This document shows positions 9,582 through 18,241 of a stretch of 64,000 nt of DNA, piece after piece. The notes below the pieces were generated by a model. It worked only from the letters and a program-made list of their open reading frames with translations. It was not told the DNA's origin and did no database searches. This DNA is from Ignavibacteriota bacterium (GTDB lineage Bacteria > Bacteroidota > Ignavibacteria > UBA10030 > UBA6906). Position numbers and translations under genes: made by a program. The stretch covers positions 84,171 through 148,170 of the forward strand of contig CAVVIT010000004.1 in the NCBI GenBank assembly GCA_963748405.1, in the 5' to 3' direction. Within the stretch, counting starts at the first letter, position 1. Each line of letters begins with the position of its first letter.

Positions 9582-10517
9582 ATGACCACACAGACACGCG
9601 CCGGCGCGGCCGGGAAGAAATTGAACCTGCACGCGGGCGATCTCGTCCAGGTGAAGAGCTACGAGGAAATCCGCGCGATGCTCGATGCCGACGGAACGTA
9701 CGCGGGTCTCCCGTTCATGCCGGAGATGAGGAAATTCTGCGGGAGAACGGTCCGCGTCGCAAAACGCGCGAACCGGTTCTGCTACGAAGGCTCCCGGATG
9801 AGGATCATGAGCGACACCGTCTTCCTTGAAGGGATGCGGTGCGACGGGGAAGCGCACGACGGCTGCGACAAGGCCTGCATGGTATTCTGGAACGAGGATC
9901 TCCTCCGGCGCGCGGAGGGAGAGCCGACGAACGACCCCTACCCGCCCGAGTCCGCGCTCCCGCCGGCAAAGGACTGGGTGACGAAGGAGGGGGACAGGTA
10001 TTTCTGCCAGTCGTCGCAGCTCGTGAACGCGACGAAGGACTGGCGGCATTCCGATTTCAAGCCGTTCATCGAGGACGTGACGAGCGGGAACATGACCGTG
10101 TGGGAGCTCACGAAAGCCCTCTGGATCACGTTCGCCCGGATGTTCGGGACGCGCTCTTACCTGAAGGTCTGCGGCGACCTCTTCGGCGTCCTTTCGAAGA
10201 CGCCCGGGGTCAGCCTGGGGCTCGAGCCGGGTGACTGGGTCCAGGTCAAGAGCGCCGAAGAGATCATGGCGACGCTCGACAAGGCCGGGCGCAACCGGGG
10301 GATGCAGTTCGCCCCGGAGATGCTGGAGCACTGCGGGAAGAAGTACCAGGTGCTGCACCGCGTCGAGAAGATCATCCTCGAGCGGTCGGGCATGATGCAG
10401 AATCTCAAGGACACGGTGATACTGAAAAACGTCGGGTGCGGCGGCGCCTGCCGCAAGGGGTGCCCGCGCGACACGTACCCGTTCTGGCGCGAGGCGTGGC
10501 TGACCCGCATTCCCTGA
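9582..10517 (+). CDS. hypothetical protein with two tandem homologous Cys-containing domains (unknown function)
   Basis: Residues ~17-110 and ~215-311 align clearly: GDLVQVKSYEEIRAMLDADG...PFMPEM..FCG versus GDWVQVKSAEEIMATLDKAG...QFAPEM..HCG. I do not recognise a family. The coding frame is clean and in operon context. Confidence 0.55.
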   Translation: MTTQTRAGAAGKKLNLHAGDLVQVKSYEEIRAMLDADGTYAGLPFMPEMRKFCGRTVRVAKRANRFCYEGSRMRIMSDTVFLEGMRCDGEAHDGCDKACMVFWNEDLLRRAEGEPTNDPYPPESALPPAKDWVTKEGDRYFCQSSQLVNATKDWRHSDFKPFIEDVTSGNMTVWELTKALWITFARMFGTRSYLKVCGDLFGVLSKTPGVSLGLEPGDWVQVKSAEEIMATLDKAGRNRGMQFAPEMLEHCGKKYQVLHRVEKIILERSGMMQNLKDTVILKNVGCGGACRKGCPRDTYPFWREAWLTRIP

Positions 10518-10549
10518 GAAGCTGAACGAGAAAGGAACGATTGCCGCGC

Positions 10550-11206
10550 ATGCAGAAACTTTCATTCCGGATCCCCGACGGGGCGCCGCTCCGCGTCCTG
10601 GCCCTGGGCGCCCACGCCGATGACATCGAAATCGGGTGCGGGGGGACCATCCTCGAGCTCGCGAAGGCCCACCCGGACCTGAAGATCCACTGGGCCGTGT
10701 TCGGCTCCAACCCCACGCGCGCGGCCGAGGCCAGGGCGTGTGCGGCGCTCTTCCTGCGCGACGTGCATGACAGGAACGTCGTGATCCGGGCGCACCGGGA
10801 CGGCTTCTTCCCGGCGGAATGGGTCGCGATCAAGGAGGAGTTCGAGGAGATTCACCGCGAGTTCGAGCCGGACGTCGTCTTCACGCATTACAGGGACGAC
10901 CGTCACCAGGACCACCGGGTTCTGTCGGACCTCGCCTGGAACACGTTCCGGAACCACCTGATCCTGGAGTACGAGGTCCCGAAATACGACGGCGACCTCA
11001 GCTCGCCGAACTTCTTCGTCCCCCTGTCGGAGGCGAGCAGCGCGGCAAAGGTGAAATACATCCTGGAGTCGTTCCATTCGCAGAGCACGAAGCACTGGCT
11101 GACGGAGGATACGCTCACGGCGCTCCTGAGGCTCCGCGGCATCGAATCGGGAGGCGCATCGCGCCACGCCGAGGCATTTTACTGCAGAAAGGTCCTTCTC
11201 GGATGA
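10550..11206 (+). CDS. PIG-L/LmbE family N-acetylglucosaminyl deacetylase
   Basis: LALGAHADDIEIGCGGT is the PIG-L signature, and the HYRDDRHQDH His/Asp motif is present. An alternative TTG start at 10541 is possible. Confidence 0.8.
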   Translation: MQKLSFRIPDGAPLRVLALGAHADDIEIGCGGTILELAKAHPDLKIHWAVFGSNPTRAAEARACAALFLRDVHDRNVVIRAHRDGFFPAEWVAIKEEFEEIHREFEPDVVFTHYRDDRHQDHRVLSDLAWNTFRNHLILEYEVPKYDGDLSSPNFFVPLSEASSAAKVKYILESFHSQSTKHWLTEDTLTALLRLRGIESGGASRHAEAFYCRKVLLG

Positions 11207-12153
11207 GCACGCCGAGGATCAGCATAGGGATCCCCCTCTACAACGCCGAACGGTACCTCCGCGGCTGCCTCGACGCCGTGGCGGCGCAGACCTGCGGCGA
11301 TTTCGAAGCGGTGATCGCCGACAACGCTTCCACCGACTCCACCGGCGAGATCTGCCGGGAGTACGCCTCCCGTGACCCCCGGTTCCGGTACGTACGGAAC
11401 GAGAAGAACCTGGGCGCCGCGCGCAATTTCAACCTCGTCTTCCAGCTTGCGAAGGGGGAGTACTTCCGCTGGGCGGCCTACGACGACATCATGGCCCCGC
11501 GCGCCCTCGAGGCGTGCGCCGCGGCGCTCGACGCCGACCCGGCCGTCGCGCTTGCATACCCGAAAACCGTGATCATCGACTCCGACGGCGTGGAGATCGA
11601 GCGCTATGACGACTCGTACGTCTTCGCCGACGACGACCCGGCAACGAGGTTCGCTGCGTTTCTCCGGGTGGTCGACCTCCGGAACTGCAACCCGCTGTTC
11701 GGGTTGATGCGCCGTGCGACGCTCGCCAGGACGATGATGCTCGGGAGCTACCATTCGGCCGACAAGGTGCTCCTGGCGCAGATGGTCCTCCTCGGCAAGT
11801 TCGTCGAAGTCCCCGAATATCTCTTTTACCGCCGGTACCACGCGCTCGGCTCGGTCCGCGTGAACAGGACGGCGCAGGCGTTCGCCGCCTGGTTCGACAC
11901 CGGGCGGGCGGGACACAGGGCGTTCCCCCGCTGGCGCCGTCTCGCGGAGCTCCTGAAGTCCATCGGCCGCTCCCGGCTGACGTTCCTGCAGAAGGGGCGC
12001 TGCACGGCCTCGCTCTTTATGTTCTACATGCATCCGGAGAAATGGAAGATGCTCGTCGCCTCCGCGGCGGGGAACGTGGTGGGCCTTTTCTCGGGCAGGC
12101 ACGTGGTGCACGGCAAGCTCGCTGCGCCGGAAGAAACGGCAAAGGCCAAGTAG
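11203..12153 (+). CDS. glycosyltransferase family 2
   Basis: ISIGIPLYNAERYL...VIADNASTDST...YDDIM (DxD) is the GT-A fold GT2 pattern. ATGA overlap with the upstream stop. Confidence 0.8.
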   Translation: MSTPRISIGIPLYNAERYLRGCLDAVAAQTCGDFEAVIADNASTDSTGEICREYASRDPRFRYVRNEKNLGAARNFNLVFQLAKGEYFRWAAYDDIMAPRALEACAAALDADPAVALAYPKTVIIDSDGVEIERYDDSYVFADDDPATRFAAFLRVVDLRNCNPLFGLMRRATLARTMMLGSYHSADKVLLAQMVLLGKFVEVPEYLFYRRYHALGSVRVNRTAQAFAAWFDTGRAGHRAFPRWRRLAELLKSIGRSRLTFLQKGRCTASLFMFYMHPEKWKMLVASAAGNVVGLFSGRHVVHGKLAAPEETAKAK

Positions 12154-12258
12154 TGTGTTCTCCGTGCGGCGCCGGCTCCGGCCGTCCGTCGCGCGGATCG
12201 CTTCACCCGGCGGGGACCCCGCCGGTCCACATCAGGCTTCAACCTTAGGGGAAGGACA

Positions 12259-13374
12259 ATGATAAAATCGGGGAATGAGATCGTCCGTGAAGATCTGGAC
12301 TACATCTGCGCCAACCTTGGCGACGAGTTCGGCCGCATCGCCGGGAAGAACCTCCTCGTCACCGGGGGGGCCGGGTTCCTGGGATTCTACCTGGTGCAGG
12401 GGGCGCTCCACTGGAACACGAAGGTGCCGCCGGCGAAGAAAATCCGCGTGACGGTGTACGACAATTACATCAGGGGGGTTCCCGCGTGGCTGACGGCGCT
12501 CAAGGGGAATCCGGACCTTCGCCTGGTCACGCACAACATGATCCAGCCGCTTCCGCCGGACATGGGCGAGTTTCAGTACATCATCCACGCCGCGGGGATC
12601 GCCTCGCCGATCTACTACCGGCTGCATCCGATCGAGACGATGGACGCCAACATCACGGGCCTCCGGAACCTCCTGGACTATGCGGTCAGGCAGAACGACG
12701 CGGGGAAGACCGTTGAAGGATTCCTGTACTACTCGAGCAGCGAAATCTACGGCGATCCTTCCCCGGAGAACATCCCGACCCCCGAGGATTACCGGGGGAA
12801 CGTGTCGTGCACCGGGCCGCGCGCCTGCTACGACGAGTCAAAACGGTACGGGGAGACGCTCTGCGTCAATTTCGCCAGGCAGCACGGCGTCCACGTCACG
12901 ATGGCGCGCCCGTTCAACAACTACGGGCCGGGACTGAAAATCACCGACAAGAGGGTCCTGCCGGACTTCGCCGCGAACGTCCTGGCCGGGAAGGATATCG
13001 TCATGCTTTCCGACGGATCCCCGAAACGGACGTTCTGTTACTCCGCCGACGCGATCGTCGGCTACTACAAGGTCCTCGTCAGGGGACGGAGCGGTGAGCC
13101 GTACAACGTGGGGGTCGAAACCCCCGAGATCTCGATGTACGAGCTCGCGCAGAAGGTTGTCGCGACCGCGGCCGAGCTCTTCTCCTTCAAGGGGAAGATC
13201 GTCCGCCAGACGAGCGCCGAGAAGGACTACCTCGTCGACAACCCGAACCGCCGGTGCCCCGTCATCGCCAAAGCCAGGAAGGACCTCGCCTACAACCCGA
13301 CGATCCTCGTGGACGAAGGGCTGCGGCGCGCCATGCAGTGGTACAACGACAATCGCCAAGCGGAGGATGCGTAA
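12259..13374 (+). CDS. NAD-dependent epimerase/dehydratase, UDP-glucuronate decarboxylase (UXS/ArnA-C)-like
   Basis: LLVTGGAGFLGFYLV Rossmann, YYSSSEIYGDP, CYDESKRYGE (Y-x3-K), RPFNNYGPG. It lies immediately upstream of ugd, consistent with a UDP-GlcA-consuming enzyme. Confidence 0.65.
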   Translation: MIKSGNEIVREDLDYICANLGDEFGRIAGKNLLVTGGAGFLGFYLVQGALHWNTKVPPAKKIRVTVYDNYIRGVPAWLTALKGNPDLRLVTHNMIQPLPPDMGEFQYIIHAAGIASPIYYRLHPIETMDANITGLRNLLDYAVRQNDAGKTVEGFLYYSSSEIYGDPSPENIPTPEDYRGNVSCTGPRACYDESKRYGETLCVNFARQHGVHVTMARPFNNYGPGLKITDKRVLPDFAANVLAGKDIVMLSDGSPKRTFCYSADAIVGYYKVLVRGRSGEPYNVGVETPEISMYELAQKVVATAAELFSFKGKIVRQTSAEKDYLVDNPNRRCPVIAKARKDLAYNPTILVDEGLRRAMQWYNDNRQAEDA

Positions 13375-14712
13375 ATGAACGTCTCAGTCATCGGTACAGG
13401 CTACGTGGGGATCGTCACGGGCGTCTGCCTTGCGGACAAGGGGCACGCCGTGACGTGCGTGGACGTTGACGCGGAGAAGGTGGAGAGGATACGCAAGGGG
13501 GAACCGCCGATATTCGAAGCGGGACTCGAAGACATGCTGAAGAAAACGATCGGGAAGTCGCTCTTCGCGACGACCGACCTGCGCGCGGCGGTGCTGGAGA
13601 GCCAGGTGACGCTCATCGCCGTCGGCACGCCGTTCGACGGGAAAGAGATCGATCTGACGTTCGTCCGCGAGGTCGCCCGTCAGATCGGCGTCGTCCTGAA
13701 GGAGAAGGGCGCCTATCACGTCGTCGTCGTCAAGAGCACCGTCGTTCCGGGCACGACCGACACGGTCGTGCTGCCGATCCTCGAGGAGGCTTCCGGGAAG
13801 AAGGCCGGGAAGGATTTCGGCGTGGGAATGAACCCGGAGTTTCTCACCGAAGGGCAGGCGATCGACGACTTCATGAAGCCCGACAGGCTCGTGCTGGGCG
13901 GCTGCGATGCGCGCTCGCTGGAAACGCTCGACGCCCTGTACGAGCCGTTCCACGGCGTCCCCCGGCTCCGGACGAACTGCAAAACGGCGGAGATGATCAA
14001 GTACGCCTCCAACTGCATGCTCGCGGTGCAGATTTCGTTCGCCAACGAGCTGGGAAACCTCTGCGCCGCGCTGGGCGGCGTGGACATGGTCGACGTCACG
14101 AAGGGACTGCAGCTGGGATACTACCTCCGGCCCCTCCTGGCGGACGGCACGCCGGTCCAGGCCCCCATCTCCTCGTTCCTGGAGGCGGGGTGCGGGTTCG
14201 GGGGAAGCTGCCTCCCGAAGGACGTCAAGGCGCTCGTTGCCCACGGTGAGAAGGCCGGGCGGGCGATGCCGCTGCTGAACGCCGTCCTCGACATCAACAG
14301 GGAACAGCCGGGGCGCACCGTCGCGATCCTGAAGAAGCATTACCCGTCGCTCCGCGGCGTGCGCGTTGCGGTCCTGGGACTGGCGTTCAAGCCCGATACG
14401 GACGACATGAGGGAGTCTCCCGCGATACCGATCGTCCGGCAGCTCGCCGCCGAAGGCGCTGTGCTCCAGGCATACGACCCGGTCGCGATGAAGGAAGCCC
14501 GGAAGATCTTCCGCGACGTCCCGATCATGATGTGCTCCGGGCTCGAGGAGGCCCTGAAGAACGTCGATGCGGCGATCATCGTGACCCGGTGGAACGAATT
14601 CAAGCGCGTGCCGGAACTCCTCGCGCGTCTCCGGCCGCAGCCGCTCCTGATCGACGGGCGCCGGATGCTCGACAAGTCCGCGGTCGCCAGGTACGAGGGG
14701 ATCGGGGTCTGA
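13375..14712 (+). CDS. ugd: UDP-glucose 6-dehydrogenase / nucleotide-sugar dehydrogenase
   Basis: MNVSVIGTGYVGIVTGVCLA N-terminus, GGSCLPKD catalytic Cys motif, and the C-terminal UDP-binding domain. ATG immediately follows the upstream TAA. Confidence 0.9.
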   Translation: MNVSVIGTGYVGIVTGVCLADKGHAVTCVDVDAEKVERIRKGEPPIFEAGLEDMLKKTIGKSLFATTDLRAAVLESQVTLIAVGTPFDGKEIDLTFVREVARQIGVVLKEKGAYHVVVVKSTVVPGTTDTVVLPILEEASGKKAGKDFGVGMNPEFLTEGQAIDDFMKPDRLVLGGCDARSLETLDALYEPFHGVPRLRTNCKTAEMIKYASNCMLAVQISFANELGNLCAALGGVDMVDVTKGLQLGYYLRPLLADGTPVQAPISSFLEAGCGFGGSCLPKDVKALVAHGEKAGRAMPLLNAVLDINREQPGRTVAILKKHYPSLRGVRVAVLGLAFKPDTDDMRESPAIPIVRQLAAEGAVLQAYDPVAMKEARKIFRDVPIMMCSGLEEALKNVDAAIIVTRWNEFKRVPELLARLRPQPLLIDGRRMLDKSAVARYEGIGV

Positions 14713-14774
14713 TTTCCCCCTCCCGCACCGGCACCGCACACACCAGGAACAGGAAACCAGAAAAAAGGAGTACT

Positions 14775-16031
14775 ATGGCAGGACAGGCGTCATCCCCGGC
14801 ACGAGGCTGTTTATTCTGCGGCACACCCCTGCGCCACACGTTCGTGGACCTCGGGCTCTCACCCCTGTGCGAGACGTTCATCAGGGAAGACGAGCTTGAC
14901 AACAGGGAGCCGTTTTACCCTCTCCACGTGTTCGTGTGCGAGAAGTGCTTTCTCGTCCAGCTGCACGAGTACGTCAGTCCGGCCGACATCTTCACGGAAT
15001 ACGCGTACTTCTCCTCGTACTCCGACACGTGGGTCCAGCACGCGAAGAAGTACGTCGACATGATCACGGAGCGCCTGCACCTGGGTCCGAAGAGTTTCGT
15101 CGTCGAGCTGGCGAGCAACGACGGATACCTCCTGCAGCACTACCTGCCGAAGGGGATCCCCGTGCTCGGCGTCGAGCCCGCCGCCAACGTCGCGAAGGTC
15201 GCCGTGGAACAGCGGAAGGTCCCGACGCTCGTGAAGTTCTTCGGCGTGAACACCGCGAAGGAGCTCGTCGCGCAGGGGAAACAGGCGGATCTCATCTCGG
15301 GGATCAACGTCCTGGCCCAGGTGCCGGACATCAACGATTTCGTCGAGGGGATCAGGATCCTCCTGAAGCCGGGGGGCGTGATGACGATCGAATTCCCTCA
15401 CCTGCTCCGGCTCATGAACGAAAACCAGTTCGATACGATCTACCACGAACATTTCTTCTACTTCTCGTTCATGACGGCCGAAACGATCTTCGGGGCGCAC
15501 GGGCTGACGCTCTTCGACGTGGAAGAGCTCCCGTCGCACGGCGGCTCGCTCCGCATTTACGGCCGCCACGAGGCCGACGCGACGAAGCCGGTCACCGAGC
15601 GCGCGCTGGCGCTGAAGCAGCGGGAGCTCGCCGCGGGACTCAGGACGCTCGCGGCTTACGGCTCGTTCGCCGAACAGGTGAAGGAGACGAAGCGGGGGAT
15701 CCTGGATTTCCTGATCCGGGCGAAGCGCGAAGGGAAGAAGATCGTCGGGTACGGCGCGCCGGGGAAAGGGAACACGCTCCTGAACTACTGCGGGATCCGC
15801 GAGGATTTTCTCGATTTCACGGTGGACCGGAACACGTACAAGCACGGAAAATACACCCCGGGGACGCACATCCCGATCTTTGACCCTTCGAAGATCCGGG
15901 AAGCGAAACCGGATTATCTCTTCATCCTGCCGTGGAACCTGAAGTCCGAGATCGTCTCGCAGATGGGGTTCATCAGGGACTGGGGGGGGAAATTCGTGAT
16001 TCCCATTCCGCGCATCGAGGTGATCGATTGA
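14775..16031 (+). CDS. SAM-dependent sugar C-methyltransferase family protein (zinc-ribbon + class I MTase + C-methyltransferase C-terminal domain)
   Basis: N-terminal CLFCGTPL...C..C..C zinc-binding-like segment, an MTase fold (VVELASNDGYLL), and a C-terminal domain KIVGYGAPGKGNTLLNYCGI typical of TylCIII-like NDP-hexose C-methyltransferases. AAGGAG RBS before ATG. Confidence 0.7.
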   Translation: MAGQASSPARGCLFCGTPLRHTFVDLGLSPLCETFIREDELDNREPFYPLHVFVCEKCFLVQLHEYVSPADIFTEYAYFSSYSDTWVQHAKKYVDMITERLHLGPKSFVVELASNDGYLLQHYLPKGIPVLGVEPAANVAKVAVEQRKVPTLVKFFGVNTAKELVAQGKQADLISGINVLAQVPDINDFVEGIRILLKPGGVMTIEFPHLLRLMNENQFDTIYHEHFFYFSFMTAETIFGAHGLTLFDVEELPSHGGSLRIYGRHEADATKPVTERALALKQRELAAGLRTLAAYGSFAEQVKETKRGILDFLIRAKREGKKIVGYGAPGKGNTLLNYCGIREDFLDFTVDRNTYKHGKYTPGTHIPIFDPSKIREAKPDYLFILPWNLKSEIVSQMGFIRDWGGKFVIPIPRIEVID

Positions 16032-16065
16032 CCGCCCCTGTCCCGCGCAGAAGGGAGAGGTCCTC

Positions 16066-17346
16066 GTGATCGACACGGCGCTCGCCCTCCGTGAAAAGGA
16101 GGGGAAACCGATCCGCGTCGCCATGGTCGGGGCGGGGTTTGCCGGCCGGATGATCGCGCTCCATCTCGTCGCCGTTCCCGGCATCCGGCTCGCCGCCGTG
16201 GTCAACAGGAACCCCGCGCACGCGGAGGAAGCGTTCCGCGACGCGGGGGTCGCGCGCGTGAGGACGGTGGAGCGGAGCGACGAGCTCGACGCCGCCGTCG
16301 GGCGCGGAGAGTGCGCCGTGACGACGGACCACCGCGCGGTATGCGGCGCGAAGACGATCGACGCCGTCATCGAGGTGACGGGGACCGTCGAGTACGGGGC
16401 CCGGGTCGTTCTTGACGCGGTCGCCGGGAGGAAACACGTCATCCTCGTGAACGCCGAGCTCGATGCGACGCTCGGGCCGGTCCTGAAGCGCTATGCGGAC
16501 AAATCGGGGGTGATCCTGACGGACACGGACGGCGACGAGCCGGGGGTCGCGATGACGCTCCTGCGTTATCTCCGCTCCATCGGGCTCCGCACGGTCGCCG
16601 CGGGGAACCTTAAGGGGCTCCTCGACAGGCGGAGGACGCCGGCGACGCAGAAGGAGTTCGCGGAAAAGACCGGGCAGGATCCAATGAAGGTCACGTCGTT
16701 TGCCGACGGGACGAAGCTCTCGATGGAGGCGGCGGTCCTGGCGAACGCGGCGGGGTTCGGCGTCGGGGTGCGGGGAATGTTCGGACCGCGCGCGCAGCAC
16801 GTGAACGAGATGGCACGCCTGCTCCCGGCGGAGGCCATGCTGGCGGGCGGGATCGTCGATTTTGCGCTGGGCGCCGAGCCCCATACCGGGGCGTTCGTCG
16901 TCGTCCACGAAAGCGGCGCCCTGAAGGTGGAGCGCCTGAAGTACTTCAAGATGGGGGACGGGCCGTTTTTCGTCTTCTATACGCCGTTCCACCTTCCGCA
17001 GGTCCAGGTCGCTTCGACCGTGGCGCGGGCCGTCCTGTTTGCGGACGCCACCGTGGCGCCCGCGGGGCCGCCCCGCTGTGAGGTGATCACGATGGCAAAA
17101 CGGGACCTCCGGGAGGGGACGCGCATCGACGGCCTCGGGGGATACGACATATACGGCACGATCGATAATGCCTCCGTCGCGGCGGCGGGACGGCTCCTGC
17201 CGGCCGGCGTCGCCGAAGGGTGCACGCTCAGGCGTGACGTGGCGCGGGATGAGCCGTTGACCTACGACGACATCGCGCTCCCGGCGGGGCGCCTCTGCGA
17301 CAGGCTGCGCGGCGAACAGGAAGTATTGTCTCACTCCTCTCTGTGA
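16066..17346 (+). CDS. NAD-binding oxidoreductase with C-terminal SAF-like domain (COG4091, predicted homoserine-dehydrogenase-like)
   Basis: IRVAMVGAGFAGRMIALHL Rossmann N-terminus. Overall architecture resembles the homoserine-dehydrogenase-like/SAF proteins found in sugar loci. GTG start. Confidence 0.55.
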   Translation: MIDTALALREKEGKPIRVAMVGAGFAGRMIALHLVAVPGIRLAAVVNRNPAHAEEAFRDAGVARVRTVERSDELDAAVGRGECAVTTDHRAVCGAKTIDAVIEVTGTVEYGARVVLDAVAGRKHVILVNAELDATLGPVLKRYADKSGVILTDTDGDEPGVAMTLLRYLRSIGLRTVAAGNLKGLLDRRRTPATQKEFAEKTGQDPMKVTSFADGTKLSMEAAVLANAAGFGVGVRGMFGPRAQHVNEMARLLPAEAMLAGGIVDFALGAEPHTGAFVVVHESGALKVERLKYFKMGDGPFFVFYTPFHLPQVQVASTVARAVLFADATVAPAGPPRCEVITMAKRDLREGTRIDGLGGYDIYGTIDNASVAAAGRLLPAGVAEGCTLRRDVARDEPLTYDDIALPAGRLCDRLRGEQEVLSHSSL

Positions 17347-17362
17347 ACGAAAGGGACTGGCG

Positions 17363-18160
17363 ATGAAAGTAGTGCTCTTCTGCGGCGGGCTCGGCACGCG
17401 CATGCGCGATTTCTCCGAGTCGATCCCCAAGCCGATGGTGACGATCGGGTACCGTCCGATCATCTGGCACGTCATGAAATACTACGCGCACTTCGGCCAC
17501 AAGGATTTCATCCTCTGCCTGGGATACAAAGCCGACGTGATCAAGAATTATTTCCTGAAATACGACGAATGCATCTCGAACGACTTCGTCCTCTCCAACG
17601 GCGGGGGACAGGTCGACCTCCTGGCGCGCGATATCAGCGACTGGAAGATCACGTTCGTCGACACGGGAGTCCATTCCAACATCGGGATGCGGCTCAAGGC
17701 GGTGGAGAAGCACCTCGAGGGAGAGAAGGCGTTTTTCGCGAACTACACCGACGGCCTGACCGACCTGAACCTCAACGATGAGTACGCGTTCTTCGAGAAG
17801 CACGACAAGATCGCCTGTTTCGCGGGAGTCCGGCCGACACAGTCGTTCCATCTGGTGAACACGGACGGCCCGCTCGTCACCGGCATCCAGCACGTCGTCG
17901 ACTCCGGCGTCCGGATCAACGGCGGATTCTTCATATTCAAGCACGACATTTTCAAATATATGCGCGAAGGGGAGGAGCTCGTCATCACCCCGTTCCACCG
18001 CCTGATCGCCGAGAAGCAGCTTCTCGCCTATCCGTACGACGGCTTCTGGGCGTGCATGGACACGTTCAAGGAGCGGCAGATGCTCGACGACATGTACTCA
18101 CGCGGCGAAACGCCCTGGGAAGTCTGGAAGGGGCACGGGAAACAATCATTACAGAAATAA
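17363..18160 (+). CDS. rfbF: glucose-1-phosphate cytidylyltransferase (CDP-glucose pyrophosphorylase)
   Basis: MKVVLFCGGLGTRMRDFSESIPKPMVTIGYRPIIWHVMKYYAHFGHKDFILCLGYKADVIKNYF aligns closely along its length with RfbF/DdhA (MKAVILAGGLGTRL...KPKPMVEIGGKPILWHIM...). Confidence 0.9.
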   Translation: MKVVLFCGGLGTRMRDFSESIPKPMVTIGYRPIIWHVMKYYAHFGHKDFILCLGYKADVIKNYFLKYDECISNDFVLSNGGGQVDLLARDISDWKITFVDTGVHSNIGMRLKAVEKHLEGEKAFFANYTDGLTDLNLNDEYAFFEKHDKIACFAGVRPTQSFHLVNTDGPLVTGIQHVVDSGVRINGGFFIFKHDIFKYMREGEELVITPFHRLIAEKQLLAYPYDGFWACMDTFKERQMLDDMYSRGETPWEVWKGHGKQSLQK

Positions 18161-18241
18161 TCACCGCAGGCGGCCCGTGTTGTTCTTCAGGCACGGGCTG
18201 CGTATATTGACCGCCGTCAACGCACACAGGGAAGGGTTTTG

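Noticed and set aside
14859-16442. 527-aa minus-strand ORF
   Set aside because: Antisense to the C-methyltransferase and SAF oxidoreductase genes. Arg/Pro-rich, with no domain signal.
16066-17346. Calling this gene a true homoserine dehydrogenase (hom)
   Set aside because: Only the NAD-binding/SAF architecture (COG4091-like) is shared. There is no ACT domain or Thr/Met pathway context. It is embedded between a sugar C-methyltransferase and rfbF, so it is reported as a sugar-pathway oxidoreductase.
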